From contig JAHQWG010000047.1 of the NCBI GenBank assembly GCA_029856045.1, positions 160,001 to 224,000 of the forward strand: a stretch of DNA of 64,000 nucleotides, given 5' to 3'. The notes below the pieces were generated by a model. It had not been told where the DNA came from. It saw only the letters and a program-made list of their open reading frames with translations, and made no database searches. This stretch comes from Promethearchaeia archaeon (GTDB lineage: Archaea > Asgardarchaeota > Lokiarchaeia > Sigyniarchaeales > SOKP01). The first letter of the stretch is position 1. Every line of letters begins with the position of its first letter. Of the stretch, positions 30,740 to 41,085 are shown piece by piece. The translations under genes and the position numbers were made by a program.

Positions 30740-33700
30740 TTATTCTATAACTTCCATCTTAACTCCATGGTGTTCTGGGATAGGTTGTGCACCACAAGAG
30801 GCTCCCATCCAACACACCAATTGATCTCCCTCTTTATGCATGGGTTTCCCACAGTGCATTGGGAGTTCCATTATTTCTCCACATTCGGAACACTTCAATT
30901 TTCCCATAGTTATTTCACTATCTTTTTGTTTAATTTTTTCTTTTATAATTTTACCTTCTTCCTTTATTATATATTTTTCTGGATTATTCTTAAATTCAAT
31001 TTCACACGATTCATTGCAGAAATAATATTTTTTCCCTTTATATTCATATTCGATTGACTCGATTAACTTTATTTTCATACCACAGACGGGATCAGTAACT
31101 AATTCTTCAGATTCAGGTTTTTTATACATTAATTTTGGATCCATATGCTTATAATCCGCATATTTTTCCGGATTAGTTTTAAACTCTGTCTCACAGGATG
31201 AGCTGCAGAAGAAAAATTTCTCACCCTTATATTCATACTCAATTGATTGACTTGGAATTATTTCCATTCCGCAAATTGGATCGATTGCTTTCTTTTCGAT
31301 TAATAATTTTTCTTCTTGAATTTGTTGTTCAGTTCGTGGATCGAATCGTTTTAGGAATAATGCATTAGTGACCACGGAAACCGAGCTCGACGCCATAAAT
31401 AAAGCTGCCATATATGGTGGTAAGAAAAATCCCGTCAATGCATAAAGTAAGCCCGCAGCCATAGGGATTCCAATGATATTATAAATAAATGCCCAAAATA
31501 AATTGGTTATCATTTTTCTGTATGTTTTTTTAGATAATCTAATTGCCGAGACAACGTTTCTTAAATCTCCTCTCATTAAAACGATATCTGCAGTTTCAAT
31601 AGCTACATCAGTTCCGCTTCCTATTGCAATTCCAACATCAGCTTGTGCTAAGGCAGGAGCATCATTTATACCATCTCCAACCATTGCGACGATGTTACTT
31701 TCATTCAATTCTTGTGTAGATTTTACGGTTTTTGCTTTATCATTAGGCAAAACCTCTGCATATATATGGTTTTCTTCAAAATCTAATTCCTTTCCTATAC
31801 TTAAAGCTGTTTGCCTATTATCACCGGTAAGCATATATAGCTGAATCCCCATTTCTCTTAATTGATTAAGGGCATATGATGCTTGATCTTTGATTTTATC
31901 AGAGATTCCAATGATACCTCTAATTTTACTATCGACACTTAACAATATGGTAGTTATTCCACTATTTTGTAACTCCTTAAATTTGTTTTCAAATAGACCT
32001 AAACCAATTTTATTATCAAGTATTAATTTTTCATTACCAATCAAAACTTTCAAGTTATCAATTGTTGTTTCAATACCTTTTCCAGGTACTGCATTAAATT
32101 CTTTTGGTTCATTTAAGTCAATCATTTTTTGATTTGCTTCCTCAATAATTGCTTTTGCAATTGTATGTTCTGAGCCCAATTCTGCGCTTCCTGCAAAGTG
32201 AAGTATTTCTTCTTCAGTAAATCCAACTTTTTTTAATTCCTTTTCCGTTACAATTACAGAAACCTTAGGTTTTCCAATTGTTAATGTTCCCGTTTTATCA
32301 AATACGATATTATTAACATTATTTATTGCTTCTAATGAATCACCACCTTTTACTAATATACCAATCTCTGCTCCTTTTCCAGTTCCAACCATTATTGCAG
32401 TCGGGATTGCCAAACCTAGCGCACATGGACAAGCAATAACAACAACAGAAGTGAAAATTAATAATGACGTTTCAAAACCACGCTCCCCAATAAAAAACCA
32501 GTAAAGAAAAGCACTAAGAGCAACTATAATTACTATTGGTACGAAATAATTGCTTACTTTATCAGCTAATTGCTGTTTTGCTGCTTTTTTACTCTGTGCT
32601 TCCTTCACAAAGTCGATAATCTGAAATAATAATGTATCTTTTCCAACCTTTTCCGTCGTCATTTTAATTAACCCAGTTTGATTAACTGTCGCTCCAATAA
32701 CCTCATCTCCCGACGTCTTTTTAGCATAAACGCTTTCCCCAGTAATCATTGACTCATCAATTTTTGTTTTTCCTTCGATGATTTTTCCATCTACTGGAAT
32801 TTTCATTCCTGGTTTCACTATTAAAATATCCCCAACCTCAATTTCTTCAATTGGAATTTCTATTTCTTTACCATCTTTTAAAATTATTGCAGTTTTCGCT
32901 TGTAAACCAATTAATTTTTTTATAGCTTCAGATGCCTGACCCTTTGCTTTATGTTCAAGATATTTACCTAATAACAGAAATGTCAAAATCATACTCATAG
33001 CTTCATAGAATGTCTCACCTGGGATAAAAAATGTGGTCAATATTGAGTATATATAAGCCGTTCCTGTTCCCAATGAAACCAAAACATCCATATTAGTCGA
33101 TTTATTTTTAAGAGATTTATATGCTCCTATAAGGAAAAAAGATCCTCCAATCGCAAAATTTGCACTTGCTAAGAAAAATAAAATTAGTTTTATCGTAAAA
33201 GAAGGCTCAACAAACCAACTAATTGGAGTTATAATTAACGAGAGAATAGCGGATATAATAAATCTATTTAATCTTTTTTTTTGTTCCTTTTGCTGAACTT
33301 CAAATTCCTTGTCAATCACACCTGCAGATTTTTCTATTTTATAACCAAAATTCCTAAGTTTAGATATTAATTTGGATACACTTATTTCAAATTCATTAAA
33401 TTCAAGAAAAACTTTTTTTGCTTGATAATTCCCACGAATCTCATAAATTCCTTTTATATTTTTTGCGTTTTCTATTAAATTATCAAAATTTTTTTCTGAA
33501 ATATCATCGGTGATTACAACATCAATTCTCGAAAGATTCGCTCGATATCCTAAATTGATAATTGCTTGGCGAAATTTAAAGAAATCAACTTTGTTTGGAC
33601 TATATTCTACATTTGCTTCCTCATTAGCAAAATTTACAACAGAGGTTTCAACACCATTGAGAGATTTTAATTTATTTTCGATTTTAAGCGCACAATTAGC

Positions 33701-33754
33701 GCATGTCATTCCCCCAAGTTTAATAATAATTTTTTCTTTCGATTCAGGTTCCAT
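30740..33754 (-). CDS. copA: Cu(I)-translocating P1B ATPase with N-terminal HMA, two C-terminal YHS domains and a Cys/His-rich tail
   Basis: GMTCANC, TGES, CPC, DKTGT, GDGINDAP, YN...MA.SS; two DP.CGM...FC..C YHS repeats. Confidence 0.93.
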   Translation of the reverse strand: MEPESKEKIIIKLGGMTCANCALKIENKLKSLNGVETSVVNFANEEANVEYSPNKVDFFKFRQAIINLGYRANLSRIDVVITDDISEKNFDNLIENAKNIKGIYEIRGNYQAKKVFLEFNEFEISVSKLISKLRNFGYKIEKSAGVIDKEFEVQQKEQKKRLNRFIISAILSLIITPISWFVEPSFTIKLILFFLASANFAIGGSFFLIGAYKSLKNKSTNMDVLVSLGTGTAYIYSILTTFFIPGETFYEAMSMILTFLLLGKYLEHKAKGQASEAIKKLIGLQAKTAIILKDGKEIEIPIEEIEVGDILIVKPGMKIPVDGKIIEGKTKIDESMITGESVYAKKTSGDEVIGATVNQTGLIKMTTEKVGKDTLLFQIIDFVKEAQSKKAAKQQLADKVSNYFVPIVIIVALSAFLYWFFIGERGFETSLLIFTSVVVIACPCALGLAIPTAIMVGTGKGAEIGILVKGGDSLEAINNVNNIVFDKTGTLTIGKPKVSVIVTEKELKKVGFTEEEILHFAGSAELGSEHTIAKAIIEEANQKMIDLNEPKEFNAVPGKGIETTIDNLKVLIGNEKLILDNKIGLGLFENKFKELQNSGITTILLSVDSKIRGIIGISDKIKDQASYALNQLREMGIQLYMLTGDNRQTALSIGKELDFEENHIYAEVLPNDKAKTVKSTQELNESNIVAMVGDGINDAPALAQADVGIAIGSGTDVAIETADIVLMRGDLRNVVSAIRLSKKTYRKMITNLFWAFIYNIIGIPMAAGLLYALTGFFLPPYMAALFMASSSVSVVTNALFLKRFDPRTEQQIQEEKLLIEKKAIDPICGMEIIPSQSIEYEYKGEKFFFCSSSCETEFKTNPEKYADYKHMDPKLMYKKPESEELVTDPVCGMKIKLIESIEYEYKGKKYYFCNESCEIEFKNNPEKYIIKEEGKIIKEKIKQKDSEITMGKLKCSECGEIMELPMHCGKPMHKEGDQLVCWMGASCGAQPIPEHHGVKMEVIE

Positions 33755-34013
33755 AATAATACATCCAGAAATACCTTAAAAGTTGTAAAATTGTTTTTAA
33801 AAAAAGATTATATCTCTATCTTTTATTAAAGATTGTTTAGTTAAATATAAAAAAATTTTCAGTATAAATTATTAGTTTTAAAAGAAAATTCTAAACAAAT
33901 ATAGGTATTTCGTTTAATTTTTCTGTTAATAATTATAGATTCAAAAAATTTTTATAAAATAATTATTAAAGGTACAAAATATATTTTTATAGTTATTTGA
34001 ATAATTTCTATCT

Positions 34014-34307
34014 ATGGCAGAATCAAAAATTCCAATTATTATTACTAAAGAAGGATGCCACCGTTGTGAAGAATTAGAAGCTTGGCTAAAAAAGAATAAT
34101 GTTAATTATATTCACCAAGACATTGAAGATAAAAAATTTACTGAACAATTATTACATGATCCAAATTTTGTAGGCACTTTTTGTGATGCAGATGGCTGTA
34201 TTGTAAATACTCCTGTTGTCATACACAAAGGTAAATATTGGTTTAAGGAACTATGGGGCATTTCTGGATTACGAGAAAGAGAAGCTAAAAAACTCTTTCT
34301 AGATTAA
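34014..34307 (+). CDS. Glutaredoxin-like protein
   Basis: GCHRC, TPVV cis-Pro region, extra FCDADGC. Confidence 0.75.
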   Translation: MAESKIPIIITKEGCHRCEELEAWLKKNNVNYIHQDIEDKKFTEQLLHDPNFVGTFCDADGCIVNTPVVIHKGKYWFKELWGISGLREREAKKLFLD

Positions 34308-34331
34308 GATTTGTGTGGATTTTATAAATTT

Positions 34332-34937
34332 TTAATTTTTTTCTTTCAATTTAGCCATTTTATTAACTACTTTTTTGATAGCTCTTAGACCTTCTTCATC
34401 TTTCTCAATACCTTTTTTTCCTAGATCTTTCGACCATAAGCAAGCACCTAAATTTGCTCCAAAAGCACCACCAGAAACCGTTATTATGCCATTTTGTATA
34501 TAAAAGTCCAAAATTGTTCTAATGGCAGGTTCTTGACCTCCGTTCCTATCTCCCCCAACAGCTAACGCTATTCCATTCTTATTCCAGAAAATTTCAGGTT
34601 TTTTGGCTACTAATGCTCTACAACGGTCCATAACTGCTTTTAATTGTGCGGATAGATTCCCTTGAAATACTGGAGTTCCAAATAAAAAATATTTTGCGTT
34701 TTCTAACTTAGGATAAAGCTCCTGTAAATCGTCTTTTTGTATACAACCCTTTTTCTCCCTAATACAATAATCGCAATGGGTACAAAAACCAATTTTCTTA
34801 CCTCTGACAGTCCAAAATTCTGTTTCGAATCCAAATTTCTCAGTAGCATAATTTAAGGCATATTTTATGGAGAATTCTGTAGCTTGATTTCTCGGACTGC
34901 CGCATATTCCTAATAACAAGTTTTTATTTTCAACCAT
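34332..34937 (-). CDS. Iron-sulfur flavoprotein (Isf/flavodoxin-like)
   Basis: GSPR, CTHCDYC.....C, GTPVF.G, GGDRNGGQE. Confidence 0.9.
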   Translation of the reverse strand: MVENKNLLLGICGSPRNQATEFSIKYALNYATEKFGFETEFWTVRGKKIGFCTHCDYCIREKKGCIQKDDLQELYPKLENAKYFLFGTPVFQGNLSAQLKAVMDRCRALVAKKPEIFWNKNGIALAVGGDRNGGQEPAIRTILDFYIQNGIITVSGGAFGANLGACLWSKDLGKKGIEKDEEGLRAIKKVVNKMAKLKEKN

Positions 34938-35121
34938 AATTTATAATTTGTATTTTTTCTTTTATTTGTTTTTACAATATTCTTTTTCGGTGGATTAAGG
35001 AAAAATTATTAATATCCAGAATTTAATATTTAATGATGGATGAAAATAAACCGAGTTTAGCAAGGATTAGGATAAAATTTCCAGAACAATTCAAAAAAAG
35101 CAAAATATGAATATTTAAAAT

Positions 35122-36327
35122 ATGAAAGTAATTATTATTGGAAATGGAGTAGCAGGTACTTTTTCTGCTCAAAATATTATAAACATTGATAAGAGTGTAG
35201 ATATTAAAATAATAACTGAAGAGAAATATCCGTATTATTCCAGACCCAAATTACCTGAATTAATCTCTGAACAAGTATCAATCAACGATATTATCGTTTT
35301 TAAAGAAGATTGGTATAGGAAGAAAAATATAAAATTAATTTTAGCAAGGAAAGTTTTAGGAATTCATCCAAGACAAAAGCACCTCCTTCTTGAAGATCAA
35401 AAAGAATTCATTCAATATGATAAGTTAATTATTGCAACTGGAAGCAAACCTAATATTCCTCCAATTAAAAACGCAGTTGAACTATTAAAAAAAGGAGTTT
35501 TTACTTTACGCAATATTGATGATGCCATAGAAATACAGAATTATATTAAAGGAAATAAAGCTAAGAAGGCGATCATAATTGGGGGGGGGTTATTGGGTTT
35601 AGAATTGGCAAAACAAATCAAAAATTGCAATCTTGACACAACGATAGTTGAATTTTTTCCAAGGCTTTTACCTCGTCAATTAGACGATGAATGCGCAGAG
35701 ATGTTAAAAGCTGAAATTGAAAAAATGGGAATAAAAGTTATATTAAATGCTACAACTGAGGAAATTTTAGGAACTGATTCAGTTGAAGGAATAAAGATAA
35801 AGGATGGACCTGAAATTAAAGCCGATACTGTATTAATTCAAGCAGGAATAATACCAAGAACCGAACTAGCAGAAAAAGCAAAAATTCAACAGAATCGAGG
35901 TGTTATTGTCAATCAATTTTTACAAACAAGCGATAAAGACATTTTTGCTGTTGGTGATGTGATAGAATACAAATCTCAAACATGGGGGATAATTCCAGCA
36001 TGTATTGAGCAATCAAGAATTGTTGCAGCATCAGTTTTAAATAAAAAAGAGATTCAATATAAGGGAACTACTCCAAAAACCACTCTAAAAATTGTTGGAA
36101 TTAATTTAACATCTATAGGAATATTTGATCCTTCACAAGAAGAGGATATTGGATGGGAGATTCTAAAAAAAGTTGATCAAAATAATTGCTGCTATCAAAA
36201 ATTCGTTTTAAAGGATAATAAATTAAAAGGAGCAATTCTTTTTGGAGAAACAAAATCAATTCCATTTGTAAATAAGAATATAAATTCAAATGTTAATAAG
36301 GAAGAGATTAATAAATTATTAGAATAA
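35122..36327 (+). CDS. NAD(P)H:rubredoxin oxidoreductase-like FAD enzyme
   Basis: IIGNGVAG, Y.RP.L, ATGS, GGGLLGLE, TS..DIFAVGD; immediately upstream of rubredoxin. Confidence 0.88.
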   Translation: MKVIIIGNGVAGTFSAQNIINIDKSVDIKIITEEKYPYYSRPKLPELISEQVSINDIIVFKEDWYRKKNIKLILARKVLGIHPRQKHLLLEDQKEFIQYDKLIIATGSKPNIPPIKNAVELLKKGVFTLRNIDDAIEIQNYIKGNKAKKAIIIGGGLLGLELAKQIKNCNLDTTIVEFFPRLLPRQLDDECAEMLKAEIEKMGIKVILNATTEEILGTDSVEGIKIKDGPEIKADTVLIQAGIIPRTELAEKAKIQQNRGVIVNQFLQTSDKDIFAVGDVIEYKSQTWGIIPACIEQSRIVAASVLNKKEIQYKGTTPKTTLKIVGINLTSIGIFDPSQEEDIGWEILKKVDQNNCCYQKFVLKDNKLKGAILFGETKSIPFVNKNINSNVNKEEINKLLE

Positions 36328-36458
36328 AAACCAAAGTCCCTTTAAAAATAACACAATAAATATCTATTATTTTATTAATTTATAGTCTTAATATTTTTAA
36401 TATTTATTAATTTAAATTTCCTAATAATATATTAGAAAATATAAGAGGGGAAATAATT

Positions 36459-36593
36459 CTGGCAAAGTATGAATGTACGGCTTGTGGCTATATTTATGAC
36501 GAAGAAGTAGAAGGGACAAAATGGGAAGACCTCCCTGATGATTGGACATGCCCAGTATGCGGAGTAGGAAAAGATATGTTTGAAAAACTTTAA
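36459..36593 (+). CDS. Rubredoxin (44 aa, missed by track); CTG start
   Basis: (M)[43 protein letters not shown]; GAGGGG SD at 36445-36450. Confidence 0.93.
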   Translation: MAKYECTACGYIYDEEVEGTKWEDLPDDWTCPVCGVGKDMFEKL

Positions 36594-36783
36594 AATTAAA
36601 ATTATTCCAAATTTTTTTTATTTTCTAAATTTTTTATTATTTTTCCTTTTAGTAATCTCACATGTCAATTGTATTATTTATAATTAAAAAAAAATAAATT
36701 TATAATCACTTTTTGAGTCTAATTAAATGTTATTCAAAGAAATTCAAAAAATCAATTAAATAAGAAAAAAAGGTGATAAAAAA

Positions 36784-37989
36784 ATGATTTATACTGAATT
36801 AATGAAGGATATTTATTACACAGGTTATGTAGATTGGGAGGTAAGAAATTTTCACGGATATTCTACACACAGGGGGTCATCATATAATGCTTATTTGGTA
36901 AAAGGAGAAAAAAATGTTTTGATAGATACGGTTAAACGTCCTTTTTTTAATTATTTCTTGGAGAATATAAAGAGCATCATTAATCCGGAAAAAATTGATT
37001 ATCTTATCATGAATCATATTGAAATGGACCATTCTGGCTCATTTCCATTAATCATTAAATATCTTCCAAACGCTCAAATTATAGCTTCTAAAAAGGGTGT
37101 TGAAATTTTAAGAGATCATTTTCATAAAGAAGTTGATGATGAAGTATTCAATAATATTCGAGCTGTGAAAGAAGGAGATACTTTAGATATTGGTAACGGT
37201 AAAAAATTTACATTTGTTCCAATCCCAATGATCCATTGGCCTGATTCAATGGTATCATTTATGACAGACGAAAATGGTAAAAACATTTTATTTTCAAATG
37301 ATGCTTTTGGACAACATTTCGCCACTTCCTCACGTTGGGATGATGAGAATGATTTTGACGTAATAATGGAAGAAGCGGTTAAATATTATGCAAATATTTT
37401 ACTTCATTTATCGAAACTGATCTCAAATGTTTTACCCAAAGTAGGTTCTTTGCCAATAGAAATTATTTGCCCTTCGCATGGAGTGTGTTGGAGGAAACAT
37501 GTAGGAGATATAGTTGAAAGGTATAAAAAGTGGTCAGCAGGAGACATTGATAATAAAACAGCAATAATTATATATGATTCAATGTGGGGAAGCACCGAAA
37601 TTATCGCAAAAGCCCTATACAAGGAATTGCAATATAGAGGGATAAAAGTGAAACGATATAAATTAACTAATGCAGACTATTCTGACGTAATAACAGAAGC
37701 TATGCTTTCAAAAGCAATTATTGTAGGAAGTCCAACTTTAAATAATGGAATGTATCCAACAGTGGCAGAATATGTCTGTTATCAGAAAGGTTTAAAGCCA
37801 ATGAATAAAATAGGACTAGCCTTTGGTTCGTATGGATGGGGTGGTGGAGCTGTGAAAGAAATTATTAAAGAGTTAGAAGCTTCTAAAATTGAAGTTTTAG
37901 ACGAACATATAGAAATTAAATTTGTTCCAAAGCCAGAAGATCTTAATTTCAAAAAGATTATCGATAAACTAATTGAGAAAATGGTATAA
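36784..37989 (+). CDS. fprA: Flavodiiron protein (FprA, class A)
   Basis: GSSYNAYL, NHIEMDHSG, HWPDS, SNDAFG, PSHG, flavodoxin domain YDSMWGST and FGSYGWGG. Confidence 0.95.
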   Translation: MIYTELMKDIYYTGYVDWEVRNFHGYSTHRGSSYNAYLVKGEKNVLIDTVKRPFFNYFLENIKSIINPEKIDYLIMNHIEMDHSGSFPLIIKYLPNAQIIASKKGVEILRDHFHKEVDDEVFNNIRAVKEGDTLDIGNGKKFTFVPIPMIHWPDSMVSFMTDENGKNILFSNDAFGQHFATSSRWDDENDFDVIMEEAVKYYANILLHLSKLISNVLPKVGSLPIEIICPSHGVCWRKHVGDIVERYKKWSAGDIDNKTAIIIYDSMWGSTEIIAKALYKELQYRGIKVKRYKLTNADYSDVITEAMLSKAIIVGSPTLNNGMYPTVAEYVCYQKGLKPMNKIGLAFGSYGWGGGAVKEIIKELEASKIEVLDEHIEIKFVPKPEDLNFKKIIDKLIEKMV

Positions 37990-38001
37990 AGGTTTTAAGA
38001 T

Positions 38002-39402
38002 ATGGATTTCAATTTAACAGACACTCAAAAAGAATTGCAAAAAAAAGCACAGGAATTTGCAATTAAGGAAATCTTGCCAGTAGCAGCTAGTTACGATGAA
38101 CATGGGAAATTTCCAATTGAAATTATTGAGAAAGCCTATAAGGCAGGTTTAGTGAATTTAGCAATTCCAAAAAAATATGGGGGACCTGGTTATGGTCTCT
38201 TAGAATCTGTAGTAGTTGTTGAGGAAATTGCTGCGGCTTGTCCCGGATTCGCAACATCCATATTTGCAAATAATTTAGGAGCAGAGCCAATAATTTTAGG
38301 AGGTAATGAAGAACAGAAAGATAGAATATTAGGAGAATTAGTAAAAAAATTTACTTTAATTTCTTTTGCTACCTCTGAACCTGGAATGGGTTCTGATGTT
38401 GCTGGAATTAATTGTCAAGCTCAAAAAGATGGAGAAGATTATATTTTAAATGGTACAAAGTATTGGATTACCAATGCAGGTTATGCAAAATATATTTCTC
38501 TATTTGCGACAACGGATCCAGCAAAAAAACATAAAGGAATATGTGCTTTTATTTTACCAACTAATTTAGTAGGAGTTAAAACAGGAAAACCAATTCCTAA
38601 ATTGGGGCATAGAGCATCGAATACCACTTCTGTGGTTTTAAAAAATGTGAGAATTCCAAAAGAAAATATATTGGCTCATCCAGGGAGAGGTTTTATTTTA
38701 GCAATGCAAACATTTGCTCACACTCGTCCAGCCATAGGAGCTTTTGCTACAGGTTTAGCAAGATCCGCTATGGAATATGTGATTGATTATGCAAAAAAAA
38801 GAGAGACTTTCGGAAGACCAATAGCAAATTATCAAGCTATTCAGTTCAAAATTGCAGAAATGTATAAAAATATTGAAGCTAGTCGATTATTAACCCATAA
38901 ATCAGCATGGGAGACAGATCAAGGGTTAGATAATACATTAAGTGCAGCATGTGCAAAAGCATTTGCCTCAGATGTTGCTATGCAAGTAGCTACTGAAGCT
39001 ATTCAAATAATGGGAGGTTACGGTTATATGAAAACATACCCATTAGAAAAGTTATTCAGAGATGCAAAACTATTTCAAATTTACGAAGGCACCTCAGAAA
39101 TCCAGAGAATAATTATTTCAAGATTTGTGATGAAACAATATAAACATGGAATGCCCAATTTATATGAACTCCCAAGAATTGAGGTAGAAAGAGAAGAAGA
39201 AGTTGAAATTCCGCCAATTTCATTAAAGACTAGTGAGGAACTGGGAGGAAAATACAGATGTACAGTGTGTGGATATATTTATGATCCTGTAAAAGGTGAT
39301 CCAGATAGTGGAATCTCTCCAGAAACTCCATTTGAAGAAATTCCAGATGATTGGCATTGTCCAGTATGCGGAGTTTCAAAGGATAAGTTTATAAAATTAT
39401 GA
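38002..39402 (+). CDS. Acyl-CoA dehydrogenase with C-terminal rubredoxin domain
   Basis: [31 protein letters not shown]; C-terminal [15 protein letters not shown]...WHCPVCG. Confidence 0.93.
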   Translation: MDFNLTDTQKELQKKAQEFAIKEILPVAASYDEHGKFPIEIIEKAYKAGLVNLAIPKKYGGPGYGLLESVVVVEEIAAACPGFATSIFANNLGAEPIILGGNEEQKDRILGELVKKFTLISFATSEPGMGSDVAGINCQAQKDGEDYILNGTKYWITNAGYAKYISLFATTDPAKKHKGICAFILPTNLVGVKTGKPIPKLGHRASNTTSVVLKNVRIPKENILAHPGRGFILAMQTFAHTRPAIGAFATGLARSAMEYVIDYAKKRETFGRPIANYQAIQFKIAEMYKNIEASRLLTHKSAWETDQGLDNTLSAACAKAFASDVAMQVATEAIQIMGGYGYMKTYPLEKLFRDAKLFQIYEGTSEIQRIIISRFVMKQYKHGMPNLYELPRIEVEREEEVEIPPISLKTSEELGGKYRCTVCGYIYDPVKGDPDSGISPETPFEEIPDDWHCPVCGVSKDKFIKL

Positions 39403-39426
39403 TTATTTTCTTGTAGGTGCGATAAA

Positions 39427-41085
39427 ATTACGGAAAAGAATGTATTCACATTTATAGTTGGGGGTAAAGCTGGTCAAGGTGTTAAAAAAGCAGGTTCAGT
39501 TGCTTCTCAACTTTTTATAAATAAGAGTCGTTTTGTATTTCAAATAGACGATTACATGAGTTTAATAAAAGGAGGACATAATTTCTCGATTGTTAGTACT
39601 TCTACTAGATGGATTAGTAGTCATTATATGAAAGCTGATCTAATTGTTAATTTTGATAAAAGAAGCTATGATAATCATATAGACCACCTTTCTGAAGGTG
39701 GTTTAATGGTCTATAATTCTGATATTAAAGGAAATATGGGTGGTATAGGTATTTCTTTAACAAGCGAAGCAAAAAGATTTCCTAATCCTAATTTAATGCT
39801 TGGAGTTGGTGCTATTGCTATATTAGGGGCGACCATTGGCGTTAATAAAACAGAGTTAAATGCATTAATAAAGAATGAATATTCTAAAGGTGTTAAAGAG
39901 AATATTTCTTATGCCAATATTATTTATGATATTGTTTATCCTATAATTGGAGGGAAATTCCAATTAGAAGGTGGATCTAAAAAAAGACCGAATATCTCGG
40001 GAAATCAAGCAATAGCATTAGGAGCAATAGCAGGTGGATTAGATTGTTATTACGCTTATCCTATGACACCAGCCACATCCATCCTACATTATCTTGCTGC
40101 AATAGCAGATGATTTTGGACTTGCAGTTATACATCCCGAAAATGAAATAGCAGTTATAAATATGGCTATAGGATCAACCTTTACTGGAGCGAGGTCAATG
40201 GTTGGTTCTAGCGGCGGAGGTTTTTCTTTGATGGCTGAGGGAATTTCATTAGCTGGTATAATCGAATCACCTGTATTAATTGTATTATCCATGAGACCTG
40301 GACCAGCTACGGGCGTTCCAACTTATACAGAACAAGGAGATTTAAATTTTGCTTTAAATGTGGGTCATGGGGAATTTTTACGCATCGTTGCTTCTCCAGG
40401 AACTATAGAGGAGGCATTTTTTCTTACAGCTCAAATGTTGGATTTAGTATGGAAGTTTCAAACTCCTGGAATATTACTCACAGAAAAACATTTATCAGAG
40501 AGTAGTATGACAGTCGATATAAATTTAAATGACACTATTTGGGCTGAACCACTGCTTTATAAAGATGGAGAATATAAAAGATATTTAGATACGAAGGATG
40601 GAATATCCCCCTTATTATTTCCACCATCAAAGGAAATACTCAAATGGAATAGTTATGAACATGATGAGTTTGGATTTACAACCGAAGATCCTCAATGGAT
40701 TAAAAGGATGCATGATAAACGAAATAAAAAGTTTAAATCATTAAAAAATTACCTTATGAAAAAAAAAACAATAAATATTTTTGGGGATAAGGGGCCAATA
40801 ATAATTACATATGGTTCAACGGTGATGAGCGTATTAGAAGCATTAAAGTATGGTAATATTGAGGCTAGAGTTGTACAACCAATTTTTTTGAGTCCGTTGC
40901 CTATTTGGGAGCTTGAAAAATTTAAAGACCAAGAAGTTATTGTTATAGAGCAAAGTGCTATAGGTCAATTTGCTAATTTACTTAAAGAAAATATGAATAT
41001 TCAATTAAAAAAAGTAATAAAGCAATACGATGGAAGACCTTTCGACCCAATAAAATTATCTAAAAAAATTAAGGATGTGGTATAA
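39427..41085 (+). CDS. korA: 2-oxoacid:ferredoxin oxidoreductase alpha subunit (gamma-alpha fusion); probable ATT start
   Basis: GGKAGQG lies upstream of the track ATG; in-frame stop at 39400, ATT at 39427 after AGGTG. YPMTP, ENEIA, RPGPATG.PT, GHGE present. Confidence 0.9.
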   Translation: MTEKNVFTFIVGGKAGQGVKKAGSVASQLFINKSRFVFQIDDYMSLIKGGHNFSIVSTSTRWISSHYMKADLIVNFDKRSYDNHIDHLSEGGLMVYNSDIKGNMGGIGISLTSEAKRFPNPNLMLGVGAIAILGATIGVNKTELNALIKNEYSKGVKENISYANIIYDIVYPIIGGKFQLEGGSKKRPNISGNQAIALGAIAGGLDCYYAYPMTPATSILHYLAAIADDFGLAVIHPENEIAVINMAIGSTFTGARSMVGSSGGGFSLMAEGISLAGIIESPVLIVLSMRPGPATGVPTYTEQGDLNFALNVGHGEFLRIVASPGTIEEAFFLTAQMLDLVWKFQTPGILLTEKHLSESSMTVDINLNDTIWAEPLLYKDGEYKRYLDTKDGISPLLFPPSKEILKWNSYEHDEFGFTTEDPQWIKRMHDKRNKKFKSLKNYLMKKKTINIFGDKGPIIITYGSTVMSVLEALKYGNIEARVVQPIFLSPLPIWELEKFKDQEVIVIEQSAIGQFANLLKENMNIQLKKVIKQYDGRPFDPIKLSKKIKDVV

